A program made the translations under genes and the position numbers. A stretch of DNA of 64,000 nucleotides from Polyangiales bacterium (GTDB lineage Bacteria; Myxococcota_A; Polyangia; Polyangiales; Polyangiaceae), in the NCBI GenBank assembly GCA_038231275.1, contig JBBRLQ010000003.1, positions 416,001-480,000 on the forward strand, read 5' to 3'. This document shows, one piece after another, positions 10,274-19,942 of the stretch. The notes beneath the pieces were generated by a model. It was not told the origin of the DNA. It searched no databases and was given only the letters and a program-made list of their open reading frames with translations. Numbering within the stretch: position 1 is the stretch's first letter; each line of letters starts with the position of its first letter.

Positions 10274-11119
10274 ATGCCAAACCGATTGCCGATCGTGGCG
10301 GTCTGCCTCGTGCTGGCCTGCGGTCCTGCCCCGCGACCTCCGCCTGTCGCGACGATCTCCGATTACGACGCCGGTTCTTCCGACGCCAGCGCCGACGCCG
10401 ACATGCCTGTGAGCGTGGACGCTGGAGACTCGCACCCGCCGGGGACGTGGTGCGCCGAGCATCGTCACGACCTCTGCGACGACTTCGACGATCCCGCGTT
10501 CACGGCCAAGACCTGGTTGATAAGCGACAGTTTGGGGACGAGCGGCACAGGGATCCCGCCGCGCGGCGCGCTCGAGAGCGCGAGCGTCACGTCTGCACCC
10601 AACGCCTTCGCCTCGATGACTTCGGCGCTCGCCGCGAACGCGTTCGAGACCGTCCAAATCATGGCTTCGTCGACGGTGCCGGCCGGCAAGGACCACGTCG
10701 AGGCCGATTTCGCGTTCGACGTCCGCGTCCAGGTCGGTGCGGGCGCGCAAATCGAGATCGCGCGGGTCAAGGGTGTGAACCCGATCAACTTCCGTGACTA
10801 CGACTTCTCGCTGCTCGTCACGCAAACCGGAGCTTCCATCGTGCTGCAACCGGGGTCTGGTGGCGGCGAGACGCACGCCCTCGCCCGCGCGCCCGCGATC
10901 GGCGTGTGGACCCGCATCACGATCCACCTCGGACTGAACGTGGTCGTCACCGGACCGCCCACGGCGATCTCGATCCAGATCGGCGATGGCGCCGCGGAGT
11001 CGTTCTCGCTCGCGGGAGGCATGGGCGTGCGCCCGTTCCTCTACCTCGGCGCCAAGGTCGCCGGGCCTGCCGACGCCTGCGTGATCGATTACGACGACGT
11101 CACCTACGACGCGCGCTGA
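10274..11119 (+). CDS. Hypothetical lipoprotein (beta-sandwich-like)
   Basis: Lipobox VLAC, DAG tether, LCDDFD motif, C-terminal IDYDDV. Confidence 0.75.
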   Translation: MPNRLPIVAVCLVLACGPAPRPPPVATISDYDAGSSDASADADMPVSVDAGDSHPPGTWCAEHRHDLCDDFDDPAFTAKTWLISDSLGTSGTGIPPRGALESASVTSAPNAFASMTSALAANAFETVQIMASSTVPAGKDHVEADFAFDVRVQVGAGAQIEIARVKGVNPINFRDYDFSLLVTQTGASIVLQPGSGGGETHALARAPAIGVWTRITIHLGLNVVVTGPPTAISIQIGDGAAESFSLAGGMGVRPFLYLGAKVAGPADACVIDYDDVTYDAR

Positions 11120-11121
11120 AG

Positions 11122-11667
11122 CTACTGCGCGCTCGGCTTCTCTGCGGCGTCGCGTTGGGCGGCGCTGTTGCCGGTCGCCTTCGCGACGAGCGCGTGTCCT
11201 TCGTCGACCATGAACGTGCGCGTCGAACGATCGATGGCGAGCACGCCGACCACCATGCACATCGCGAGGCCGACGATGTAGGTGACGCGCGAGATCTTCT
11301 TCTTCGGAGCGACACGCCGGAGCGCGTCGAGGAACGCGGGCGAGACCTGGATCATCGCCGTCGGGACTGCCTCGAGCAGCGACGGCAGCTTCGCGCGCAT
11401 GATCGTGGGGGCAGGGATCACGAGCTCGGGCGGTGCTTCGACCACCGGGGCCGCTGCGCTCGCCGGGGCTACGGCCGGCGCAGAGTCGGTCGCGACCGGA
11501 AAAATCCCGGAGCTTGCGGGAGACGCCTGCCCACATCGCATCACGTCGGATACCGGTGCAGGTCGCGACGACGGAGGAGGCTCGTGGACGGCCACGTTCC
11601 TCGCAATCGCGTGGTTTGCGAGCGCAATCATGTGCGCGCGGGACGGGGGAGGCAGCCGAGTGCTCAT
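11122..11667 (-). CDS. Hypothetical membrane protein
   Basis: Pro-rich region, SGIFPV motif, C-terminal TM helix; start uncertain. Confidence 0.5.
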   Translation of the reverse strand: MSTRLPPPSRAHMIALANHAIARNVAVHEPPPSSRPAPVSDVMRCGQASPASSGIFPVATDSAPAVAPASAAAPVVEAPPELVIPAPTIMRAKLPSLLEAVPTAMIQVSPAFLDALRRVAPKKKISRVTYIVGLAMCMVVGVLAIDRSTRTFMVDEGHALVAKATGNSAAQRDAAEKPSAQ

Positions 11668-11874
11668 CGTTGCTCCTCGAGTAGTGCGGACTCGAGGGCG
11701 AGGCGTGGCAAAAATCTGCCAGCCCGGACGACTCCATCGAAATTAGGGCGGGCAAGGTACGTCGAGGGAGGTGGCTGACCACCGACGGTGTCGCCGCGGT
11801 TCGTCGGTCACCACCGCCGAGGTCGACGCCGCCGGCCGCCTCGCCACGCGGGAGCCCGGGCTCGAGTAGTCGTT

Positions 11875-12375
11875 TCACGCCAGACTTGCGGCGACCTCGC
11901 GCATTCCCTCACGCAGGCGCTCCGGCAACCGCGCCTCTTCGATCTGCGCAGCCTCACACCCGCGACGGTACGCGAGCCGCATCGCGCTCCATTGCTCGGG
12001 CAGGAGGAGCCCACCGAGGACGAAGAGGATCCGGCCCGCCGGCGACGACGCCCCGTTCGCCCACATGAAGGCCTGGAGCTCCATCTCGCCCTGGATGTTC
12101 GTCTCGTAGCCGAGGATCGCGTGGATCGCGTCGTGGTTCTCGTAGCGGACCTTGAACGGTAGGCCCCGCGCGTCGAGGAACGCGGCGACCGATCGTCCGA
12201 GCGTCTCCGGCGGATAGGTGCGAAGAGCCTCGAGCGTCGGCCACGGAGTCGGTCTTCGCACGAGGTTCAGGACCGGGACGTAGTCCCCGATGACGTGGCT
12301 TACGAAGCGCTCGCGGAGGTGCTTGAGGAACATGACGTAGAGCGTAGGCGTCACGGCGCAGCGCTCAAGGTCCAT
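11875..12375 (-). CDS. Coq4-like protein
   Basis: YPPETLGR..ENHDAIHAILGYETNIQGEMELQAF matches the Coq4 HDxxH...E motif. Confidence 0.75.
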   Translation of the reverse strand: MDLERCAVTPTLYVMFLKHLRERFVSHVIGDYVPVLNLVRRPTPWPTLEALRTYPPETLGRSVAAFLDARGLPFKVRYENHDAIHAILGYETNIQGEMELQAFMWANGASSPAGRILFVLGGLLLPEQWSAMRLAYRRGCEAAQIEEARLPERLREGMREVAASLA

Positions 12376-12418
12376 CGCCGCGAACGGTCGCTCCCGCCAT
12401 CCGAGCGGCTCGGGGGTC

Positions 12419-14878
12419 CTAGGGACGCGCGAGGTCTGCGCGGGCCAGCTCTGCGCGGGTCGTGCGGAGGTCGTGGTGTGTTGGCGACAGCACCTCCTCT
12501 TCTACTGCGAACGCGCTCGCGAGCTCGGCGCGGGCCTCCGCGACGCGTCCTTCGTCAAGGAGCACCGAGCCGAGCGTGGAACGCAGGCGCGCGACGGTGT
12601 GGCGCTCGGTGCGGCGCGGCGCGAGGATCGCGATGGCGCGGCGCGCGTCCCCCTCGGCTTCCGGCAGTCGCCCGAGGTGCCGAAGCGCGATCGCGCGGGG
12701 ACCGAGGGTGCGCACGACCTCCACGCTCTGTTCGCCGCGAAGTCGCGTTTGTTCGCGGAGCACCTCGTCGAGGAGAACGATGGCCTCCGGCGCGCGTCCA
12801 AGGCCATCGAGGGCGCGCGCCCGCAAGCGAAGCGTGTTGAGCGCGTACGGCGACTGTGGACCGACGACCGAGACCTGCCGCGGGTACACGTCGCGCAAGA
12901 TCACATCCGCCTCCCCGTTGCGCCCGAGCTCGATCAGCGCGCGCGCGAGGTTGCCGCGAACGATGAGTGTGCCAGGGTGATCGTCGCCGAACACGCGCGC
13001 GTCGAGGAGCGCGACCGCCCGGCTGAGCGTCTCGCTCTCGTCGAGCCTTCCCGCGTCGCAGAGCATGGACGCCAGATCCCCGCGCGTCTCGAGGGCCTCG
13101 CGGCTTTCGTCGCCGTGGAGCCGTGTATGCAGCGCGAGCTGCTCGCGATAGAGCTTCTCCGACAGCGCGAAGTCGCCATGACCGCGCGCCACGTAGGCGA
13201 CCGCGCCCAGCGCCACGAGCGCGGTGGGACCCTCGGGACCTTCGACCTCGCGCGCGATGGAGAGCGCTTCGGCGTAAGCGCGCTCGGCGTCCTCCCAGTT
13301 CCCCGGAATGTCCGAGAGCTCCCCGAGGACGAGCAGCGTCTTGGCGACCTCGATGTGGCGCGGACCGAGCACGCGCCGCTGCAGCGTCAGCGCCCGGTCC
13401 ACCGGCGGTCGCGCCCGCTCCAGCTCCCCCATGTTGATCCAAGTGCGCGCGAAGATCCGCAGAAGCTCGGCCTGCACCTCCGGCTGTCCGTCGAGCTCGC
13501 CGAGCCGCGCTTCGCCCCGCAGCAGGATGTCGTGCTGCGTGACGGGCTTGCCGCCTTGCGCATAGGGATCGAATCCCTCGAGCAACGTGACGAGGAACTC
13601 CCGCGTCTGCGACGCCTTGCGCGCTTCCTCGCGCGCGCGATGCGCTTGCCAGAGCGTGCCGAGCAGCCCGACGACGAGCGCGAGGACCACGAGCCCCGAG
13701 AGGCCGGCGCCGACCCGATGCCGTCGCACGAACGAGCGGAGCAAGTACGCGGTGGCCCCGCCACGCGCGGCGACCGGGACGCCTTCGAGGTGCCGCCTCA
13801 CGTCCTCCGCCAGCGCGTCCACCGAGCCGTAGCGATCGGCAGGGTCGGTACGCATCGCCTTCAGCACGATCGCGTCGAGATCACCTTTGAGCCTGCTTTT
13901 CAGCGCTGCGGACGAGAGGTCGGAGGGGCGATTGCGGCTCTCTCCCGCTGCAACGCAGACGCTCGGGCGACCCTTGCCCGTATCGAGCAAGGACCGATCG
14001 ACGCGTTCGCCGGTCAAGAGCTCGTGAAGAATCGAGCCTAGAGTCCAGACGTCGCTGGCTGTAGTGATGGGGCCGTCGCGGAGTTGCTCGGGCGACGCGT
14101 AGTCGGGCGTCATCGGTCGCTCGCCGTCGACGGTCAAAGAGGTCGCGACGCCGTCGTCGTGCTCGACGAGCTTCGCGATCCCGAAGTCGAGCAGCTTCGG
14201 CGCGCCCCGCTCGTCGACCAGGATGTTGCTCGGCTTCAGGTCGCGGTGCACGATCAGGTTTTGGTGCGCGAACTGGACGGCTTCGCACACCTCCACGAAG
14301 AGCGCGAGACGCGCAGAGACATCCAGTCGCGCCTCCACGCAATGCTCGACGAGCGACAGACCCGTGACGAGCTCCATCGCGATCCACGGCTGGCCGTCGG
14401 ACGTGATCCCGCCATCGAGCAGGCGCGCGATCCGGGGATGCTCGAGCCGTGCGAGGATCTGGCGCTCGCGACGGAAGCGCGCGCTCGAGGACAACCCCGC
14501 GCCGCCCTTGAGGAGCTTGATCGCGACCTTCTGCTCGAAGTCGGCGGAGACACGCTCGGCCGTCCACACTTCGCCCATGCCGCCGCGACCGATGAGCGCG
14601 CAGAGGCGAAACGGACCGACCAGAGCGCCAACGGCGATGCCCGTCGGTGTCGTGTCGCATACACCGTACAGCGCCGATGGGACCCTCGAGCCCGCGGGCT
14701 GCGAGAGGAGGTCGCCGTCGCGGGCGTCGGCGGCGAGCAAGCGCTCCACGTGATCGCGAAGGTCAGGGTCGGCGTCCGCGAGCAGACGTTCGCGCGCGTC
14801 GGCGGGGAGGTCCAGGGCGCGGTCCACGAGCTCCATGGCGCTCATGAATCGCGCGCGTTCGTCGTCCGCCTGCCCCAT
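12419..14878 (-). CDS. Ser/Thr protein kinase with TM helix and C-terminal TPR repeats
   Basis: IGRGGMGEV, VAIK, HRDLKPSN, DFGIAK, YASPEQ, GDLDAIVLKA; kinesin-light-chain-type TPRs. Confidence 0.95.
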   Translation of the reverse strand: MGQADDERARFMSAMELVDRALDLPADARERLLADADPDLRDHVERLLAADARDGDLLSQPAGSRVPSALYGVCDTTPTGIAVGALVGPFRLCALIGRGGMGEVWTAERVSADFEQKVAIKLLKGGAGLSSSARFRRERQILARLEHPRIARLLDGGITSDGQPWIAMELVTGLSLVEHCVEARLDVSARLALFVEVCEAVQFAHQNLIVHRDLKPSNILVDERGAPKLLDFGIAKLVEHDDGVATSLTVDGERPMTPDYASPEQLRDGPITTASDVWTLGSILHELLTGERVDRSLLDTGKGRPSVCVAAGESRNRPSDLSSAALKSRLKGDLDAIVLKAMRTDPADRYGSVDALAEDVRRHLEGVPVAARGGATAYLLRSFVRRHRVGAGLSGLVVLALVVGLLGTLWQAHRAREEARKASQTREFLVTLLEGFDPYAQGGKPVTQHDILLRGEARLGELDGQPEVQAELLRIFARTWINMGELERARPPVDRALTLQRRVLGPRHIEVAKTLLVLGELSDIPGNWEDAERAYAEALSIAREVEGPEGPTALVALGAVAYVARGHGDFALSEKLYREQLALHTRLHGDESREALETRGDLASMLCDAGRLDESETLSRAVALLDARVFGDDHPGTLIVRGNLARALIELGRNGEADVILRDVYPRQVSVVGPQSPYALNTLRLRARALDGLGRAPEAIVLLDEVLREQTRLRGEQSVEVVRTLGPRAIALRHLGRLPEAEGDARRAIAILAPRRTERHTVARLRSTLGSVLLDEGRVAEARAELASAFAVEEEVLSPTHHDLRTTRAELARADLARP

Positions 14879-14939
14879 CGCCTCTTCTTTTCATGACGGG
14901 AGCACCGCGTCGAGCCATACATAGGGTGAGGAAGCTCCC

Positions 14940-15185
14940 ATGGCCGGCAACGTCGTCAATCTGAACAAGTTCCGAAAGAAGAAGCAGCGGGACCAGAAGA
15001 CCAAGCAGGCCGACGCCAACCGAGTCCGGCACGGACGGACGAAGGCCCAAAAGGAACGTGAGCTCGCCGACCGTGAGCGCGCCGCGCGCTTGCTCGGTGG
15101 CAAGCGCCTCGAGCAAGGCAGCGAGCATGGCAGCGAGCAGGTCGCCGCCCTTGGGGTCTTGCCCGAAGAATCCGAGGAGACCTAG
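14940..15185 (+). CDS. DUF4169-like small basic protein
   Basis: VVNLNKFRKKKQR..ADANRVRHGRTKAQK signature. Confidence 0.8.
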   Translation: MAGNVVNLNKFRKKKQRDQKTKQADANRVRHGRTKAQKERELADRERAARLLGGKRLEQGSEHGSEQVAALGVLPEESEET

Positions 15186-15245
15186 CTCTCGCAGGCGGCG
15201 ATCCGTCCCTCGAGGCGCCAGCCTGACCGACGGCTGTCGCGATCC

Positions 15246-16904
15246 TCAGGGCTCGTTCATTGCAAAATGCACGCAATAATTCCGCAAATCGTGCCGGAAT
15301 TTCAACATCACCTTCCCCGACGCTCCCGGCCAAGGCACCGACATCGCGAGCGCGTCGGCGCTGGCCGCCGCCGCGATGATCGTGTCCGGCGGAACGCCCG
15401 GACCCTCGACGATGTCCCAGCCCGTGCGACGCGCGAAGGCGCCTGCGGTCGTGCTCGCCAGCGCCGGCGAGCCGCTCGTGACCTGCGCCTCGATCGTCTC
15501 GGCGTCGTAGCCCACGAGCTCGTCGGAGTCGCGGAGCAATCCGTACAGCCCAAGGCTCGTGCCCCCCTGGATGCCGACGCCGTCCTGCGTGACGGCGTAG
15601 GCGACGTTCACTTTGGTGGCGCCGGGGTCGGCGGCCAATGTCAGGATCACGCTCGTGCCCGAGATCGCGGCGCTCGCGATCGCGAGCGGCTGGCCGGCGC
15701 CGTCCTTCAGCTCGAACCCCTTGCCGGCGGCCCACGCGGTGTTCGCCGTCGTGTGCGGCGGCGCGAAGTGCGACTCGAACACGAGCGGCGGGTTGGGGAC
15801 GTCGAAGCCGAGGGTGATCACCGCGCCCGCGCGCGTCAGCTTGTTCGGCTGGAGCGGCTTCCACGGGACCTTCTGGTTGAACGCGAGATCGAAGACCTCC
15901 GCGTATTTTTGGCCAAGCCGCTCATAGCCAGGCGCGGGGAAATGCAGGTGGTCCCCCGAGTGCTGGTACGCGTATTTCGGGCCGGTGCAGATGATCTGCC
16001 CCGGGTGCTGGACGCCCGCTTGCCAAACCTGCACCGCGGAGCCCGTGGCGCCGCTCGCGATCGTGCTCTGCTGCGACACGAGCAAGACGACGTGATCGCT
16101 CTGCCCGGTGACCGCGCGGAGATCCGTGTCGTAATCCTGCCAGAGTTGGAACAGCCCCGCGCCGTACCCCAGGTTGCCCGCGTCGCATTCACCGTGCGTC
16201 ATCACGATGCCGCCGTAGCCGAACGTCTTGCCCGCCGCCGCCGCCAGGCCCTTCCAGATCGCCGCTTCGTGGAGGCTCGCCGGGAACGCGCGCTTGCCGC
16301 CGGCCTTGTCGATGTCGCTCAGGCAGTGCGCTGACCAGCCCACCACCGAGTGCGCCGTCGTGTAGTCACCTTGCCCGCCGCGCGCGCGGAAGAGCGACGT
16401 GAGCGTGTTGGCCATTCCGGAGTGCGGTGTCTCCCCGAGGATGTTGTTCGGGTACTGGCCGTCGTCGTAACCGGCGCCGGTGCCGCTCACCGCCGCGCGA
16501 ACGGGCTCGGCGAGCGGCGTGGTCGCCCAGTTGGGGGCGCCGGCGTTTGCGACGATGGGGTATTTCGGGTCCGCGCCGGTGTCGACGAGCATCAGGTTCG
16601 AGAACGGTTGCTTGGTGCTGATCGTCCCGGCGGTTGCGCCGACGGAGAGGCTCTGTCCCGTGCCGACCACGCCGACCCAGTCGAACGGCGGCTTCGGCGG
16701 GGGCGACGCGTCGGCCGCGTCTTTGCTGGCGTCGCCGGCGGCGCCGTCGCTCGAAGGAGTCGTATCGGCGCCGGCGTCGGAGGGTGTGACGTCCGTGGTC
16801 GCGTCCGGCGCATTCGCGCCGGGGTTGTCGTCGCCGCCGCCGCAGGCGACGCCGGCCACGAGCGCCGCGAGGAGGACGGACCGAGGCGGGGGCAGGAACT
16901 GCAT
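15246..16904 (-). CDS. Secreted SGNH-type (SASA/CE6-like) esterase lipoprotein
   Basis: Lipobox GVAC; GTGQSLS, HGECD, DHLH motifs; ATG 16904. Confidence 0.7.
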   Translation of the reverse strand: MQFLPPPRSVLLAALVAGVACGGGDDNPGANAPDATTDVTPSDAGADTTPSSDGAAGDASKDAADASPPPKPPFDWVGVVGTGQSLSVGATAGTISTKQPFSNLMLVDTGADPKYPIVANAGAPNWATTPLAEPVRAAVSGTGAGYDDGQYPNNILGETPHSGMANTLTSLFRARGGQGDYTTAHSVVGWSAHCLSDIDKAGGKRAFPASLHEAAIWKGLAAAAGKTFGYGGIVMTHGECDAGNLGYGAGLFQLWQDYDTDLRAVTGQSDHVVLLVSQQSTIASGATGSAVQVWQAGVQHPGQIICTGPKYAYQHSGDHLHFPAPGYERLGQKYAEVFDLAFNQKVPWKPLQPNKLTRAGAVITLGFDVPNPPLVFESHFAPPHTTANTAWAAGKGFELKDGAGQPLAIASAAISGTSVILTLAADPGATKVNVAYAVTQDGVGIQGGTSLGLYGLLRDSDELVGYDAETIEAQVTSGSPALASTTAGAFARRTGWDIVEGPGVPPDTIIAAAASADALAMSVPWPGASGKVMLKFRHDLRNYCVHFAMNEP

Positions 16905-17033
16905 GGACTGAGCGTAGTGAGCGGCGCGCCGCACGTCACGCGCAGCGTCCCTCGAGGGGCGCCGCCACCGTGGCGATCGGGCCACCTCCGGCGGGGGCTT
17001 TCGAAACGGCAGTCGCCGGGGTAGATCGAGCGC

Positions 17034-17891
17034 ATGGCGAAACTGGCGTTTCTCGGTGCGGGTCTCATCGGCAGTGGGTTGGCGGAGGCCGCGGCCAAGC
17101 GAGGCGATTCGGTCGCGGTGTGGAACCGCTCGCCCGCGAAGGCGCGCGCGCTCGAGGCGTTCGGCGCGAGGACGGCGGCGACGCCCGCCGAGGCGGTAAA
17201 GGGTGTCGATCGCGTGCACGTCGTCCTCACCGACGACGCCGCGGTCGACAGCGTCCTCGAAGCCTGTGGCCCCGCGATCGGCGACGCCGTCGTCGTTGAT
17301 CACACGACCGCCTCGCCCGCCGGCACCGCCGCCCGCGCGGCCCGGCTCGCGAAGGCCGGCGTCGCGTTCCTGCACGCCCCCGTCTTCATGTCCCCGAAGA
17401 TGTGCCGTGAAGCCGGCGGCATCATCCTCGTCGCCGGCCCCAAACCCGTCTTCGAGCGCGTTCACGCCGGTCTCGCCACAATGACCGGCTCGGTCCGCTA
17501 CTTGGGCGAACGTCCCGACGTCGCCGCCGCGAACAAGCTCTTCGGCAACGCCATGATCCTCACCATCACCGCCGGCCTCGCCGACGTTTTCGCGATGGCC
17601 GCCTCGCTCGGCATCTCCGCAGAAGACGCGCACGCGCTCTTCTCCGCGTTCAACCCGGCCGGCACGCTGACGTACCGTGGCGCCGCGATGTCGAAGGGCG
17701 ACTACACCCCGAGCTTCGAGCTCACGATGGCGCGCAAGGACGTGCGGCTGATGCTCGAGACGGCGGACGCGGCGCACCCGCTCCATCTGTTGCCGGCGAT
17801 CGCGGCGCGGATGGACGCGCTGCTCGCGAAGGGGCACGGACAGGACGATCTCGGCGTCCTGTCGATCGACGCCGTGCCCGCGAGGCGGTAG
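17034..17891 (+). CDS. NAD(P)-dependent beta-hydroxyacid dehydrogenase / imine reductase-like oxidoreductase
   Basis: FLGAGLIGSG Rossmann motif, VWNRSPAKA, HAPV, MARKDVRL. Confidence 0.9.
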   Translation: MAKLAFLGAGLIGSGLAEAAAKRGDSVAVWNRSPAKARALEAFGARTAATPAEAVKGVDRVHVVLTDDAAVDSVLEACGPAIGDAVVVDHTTASPAGTAARAARLAKAGVAFLHAPVFMSPKMCREAGGIILVAGPKPVFERVHAGLATMTGSVRYLGERPDVAAANKLFGNAMILTITAGLADVFAMAASLGISAEDAHALFSAFNPAGTLTYRGAAMSKGDYTPSFELTMARKDVRLMLETADAAHPLHLLPAIAARMDALLAKGHGQDDLGVLSIDAVPARR

Positions 17892-17898
17892 GCACGCC

Positions 17899-18819
17899 TC
17901 AGCGAAGGTGGTGCTTCACCGCGTCCGCGATGTAGCGCCAGTCCTCTGCGGTGCCCGCCGCCGACGGCTCACCGGTCATGATGGCGAGGAGCTCGCGGTA
18001 CCGGGCGGTGCGCGGATCGTGTGCGGCGAAGCGCTCGCGAAACATGCGGTAGAAGGTCTCGTCGGCGACCCTCCCGCCCGCGCGCGCCGCCGCCTCCACG
18101 TACGCGCGCACGAACGCGCCGCACGCTTCGGACGTCGCCGGAATCCCCCGCGCTCGCACGGCTCCCGCTGCGGCGGCGACGGCCTCGTTCGCGAGGCGGA
18201 GGCCGTCCATGTCGAAGCTCTTCTCCCGGATCTGCATCGCGCTCGCGCGCAAATTCTCGGCGAACGACGCGTCGGCGAGGAGATCGGAGAGCTCGATCCA
18301 GGCGTCGAGCTGCGCCGGTGTCGCGTCTTCGGGGAGCTTGGGCGTCGCCGTCACCATCATCTTTCGTCGCCACGCCTCGTCGACGGGCATGCCCTCCGCG
18401 ACGCGCTCGTGGAACTGCTCGATCACGGCCCTTCGCTCATCGCTGGTCAATCGGGTCACGGCGCACAGCCTCCTCACGTCGCTCTCGTTGGGCTCGCCTC
18501 GCAGCGCGGCACGGAGCGCCGCGGCTACGCCCTGGAGCGAAGCCACGTGCGCCTCGACGGCGGCGAGTTGAAGGCGCAGCGCGTCCGCGAGCGACAGGTC
18601 GTGGCGCAGCACCTTCCGGATCGTGTCGAGACCCAGCCCGGCGTCCCGCAGAGTGCGCACGAGATCGAGGCGCACGACCTCCTCCTCGCCGTATGTGCGG
18701 TAGCCGTTCGAAGACCTCGACGCGGGAAGGAGCCCTTCGTCGGACCAGAACCTGAGCGTCTTCACGGGCAGCCCCGTTCGACGCGACAGCTCTCCGATCG
18801 TCAGTCGCTCCTTCTTCAT
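17899..18819 (-). CDS. MerR family transcriptional regulator
   Basis: LTIGELSRRTGLPVKTLRFWSDEGLLP..NGYRTY. Confidence 0.93.
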   Translation of the reverse strand: MKKERLTIGELSRRTGLPVKTLRFWSDEGLLPASRSSNGYRTYGEEEVVRLDLVRTLRDAGLGLDTIRKVLRHDLSLADALRLQLAAVEAHVASLQGVAAALRAALRGEPNESDVRRLCAVTRLTSDERRAVIEQFHERVAEGMPVDEAWRRKMMVTATPKLPEDATPAQLDAWIELSDLLADASFAENLRASAMQIREKSFDMDGLRLANEAVAAAAGAVRARGIPATSEACGAFVRAYVEAAARAGGRVADETFYRMFRERFAAHDPRTARYRELLAIMTGEPSAAGTAEDWRYIADAVKHHLR

Positions 18820-18825
18820 GAACGG

Positions 18826-18856
18826 AGCGTGAGGCTTCCCGTCACGGGAGAGTCAA
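18826..18856 (-). promoter_or_regulatory. MerR-type promoter with 19-bp spacer and dyad operator
   Basis: TTGACT-(CTCCCGTGACGGGAAGCCT, 19 bp)-CACGCT, 6 nt before ATG; dyad TCCCGT-G-ACGGGA in the spacer. Confidence 0.8.
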
Positions 18857-18919
18857 GAAGGATCGTCATCGGGCGCAACCGTCATGTTGCGACGCGTGGC
18901 CTCGGGCCGCGGTGCGCGA

Positions 18920-19852
18920 CTACTTGTCGTAGAACGAGCCGCCGAACGAGCTCGTGGCATTGCCTCCCGCGTCGCCCGTGTTCGGCGTCGCGGCCGCGTC
19001 GTAGTAATCGAGGTACGGCTTCCACGTCGCGGCGTCCATGACCTCGACGATCGCCTTCACCTTGAAGCCGGTGCCCTTGATCTCGGCGCCGTACTTTCCA
19101 TCCCGGGCGGTGGTCACGCCGAGCGTGGCCACGGCGGCGAAGGGGAACGGCGCGTCGCTCGCGTCGACGATCGTCATCGTCAGCCGTCCGGTCAGCGTGG
19201 TGGGCCCCCCATCGGCGAGGGAGATTTGGGTCGAATTGGTGAAGACCAACTTGCCTGCCGGGAGGTCCGAATCCGCGGCGCTGAGCAGCCACTTTTCGCC
19301 CGCCACGTCGATCGGCCCGTCGAGCGACAGGCCGCACGGGGTGCCCGGATCGTCGCAGACGACCCACCAGATGTGAAAGAGGTCGGCGCGCTGGATGCCC
19401 GTGTACGTCCAGGTCAACCCGCCCGCCCGTCCGAGGTTGCCGGTCGGCGTCCACGTGAGGCCGTACGGAGGGAAGCCTTCGAGCTTCGGCGTGATCTGCG
19501 TCTCCGCGCAGCCGTCCTTGTTGACCGTCGCGCCGGGCGGCGTGCCGGGGCACTTGTCCACCGGGTCCGGCACCTTGTCGCCGTCCGCGTCGCACGTGGT
19601 GCCGCACGACGCGCCGTCCCCGCTCGAGCCGCTGCCGCTGCTGCCGCTGCTGCTGCCGCTGCTGCCGCTGCTGCTGCCGTCGCCGCTCGAGCCGCTACTG
19701 CCGCCGCCGTCGTCTCCGACGTTGTTGGGATCTCCGCCGTCCGCCTGGCCCTGCGCGCAGCTCGTCCCCGTGATCACGGCAGCACCGATGAACGCGGCGG
19801 CGAGGACGAGGCTCCTCGGTCGCGTCGCTCTATCTTCCTTCACGTGCTCCAT
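18920..19852 (-). CDS. Lipoprotein with Ser/Gly linker and thrombospondin type-3-like Ca-binding repeat
   Basis: Lipobox GTSC; DADGDKVPDPVDKCPGTPPGATVNKDGC. Confidence 0.75.
   Translation of the reverse strand: MEHVKEDRATRPRSLVLAAAFIGAAVITGTSCAQGQADGGDPNNVGDDGGGSSGSSGDGSSSGSSGSSSGSSGSGSSGDGASCGTTCDADGDKVPDPVDKCPGTPPGATVNKDGCAETQITPKLEGFPPYGLTWTPTGNLGRAGGLTWTYTGIQRADLFHIWWVVCDDPGTPCGLSLDGPIDVAGEKWLLSAADSDLPAGKLVFTNSTQISLADGGPTTLTGRLTMTIVDASDAPFPFAAVATLGVTTARDGKYGAEIKGTGFKVKAIVEVMDAATWKPYLDYYDAAATPNTGDAGGNATSSFGGSFYDK
19620..19712. repeat. Low-complexity GCT/GCC trinucleotide tract encoding a Ser/Gly linker
   Basis: (gctgcc/gctgct)n run; reads GSSGSSGDGSSSGSSGSSSGSSGSGSSG on the minus strand. 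Confidence 0.8.
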
Positions 19853-19942
19853 ACGCACTTCAGGCTCCCACGGCATCACGGCTCCGTCAAACCGCGACCT
19901 CGTCGCCCGCCCCGCACGGGTGATGCGGTGTACAATCGACGC

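Noticed and set aside
19620-19712. Trinucleotide tract as a phase-variation switch
   Set aside because: Unit lengths are multiples of three and encode a Ser/Gly linker, so slippage would not shift the frame
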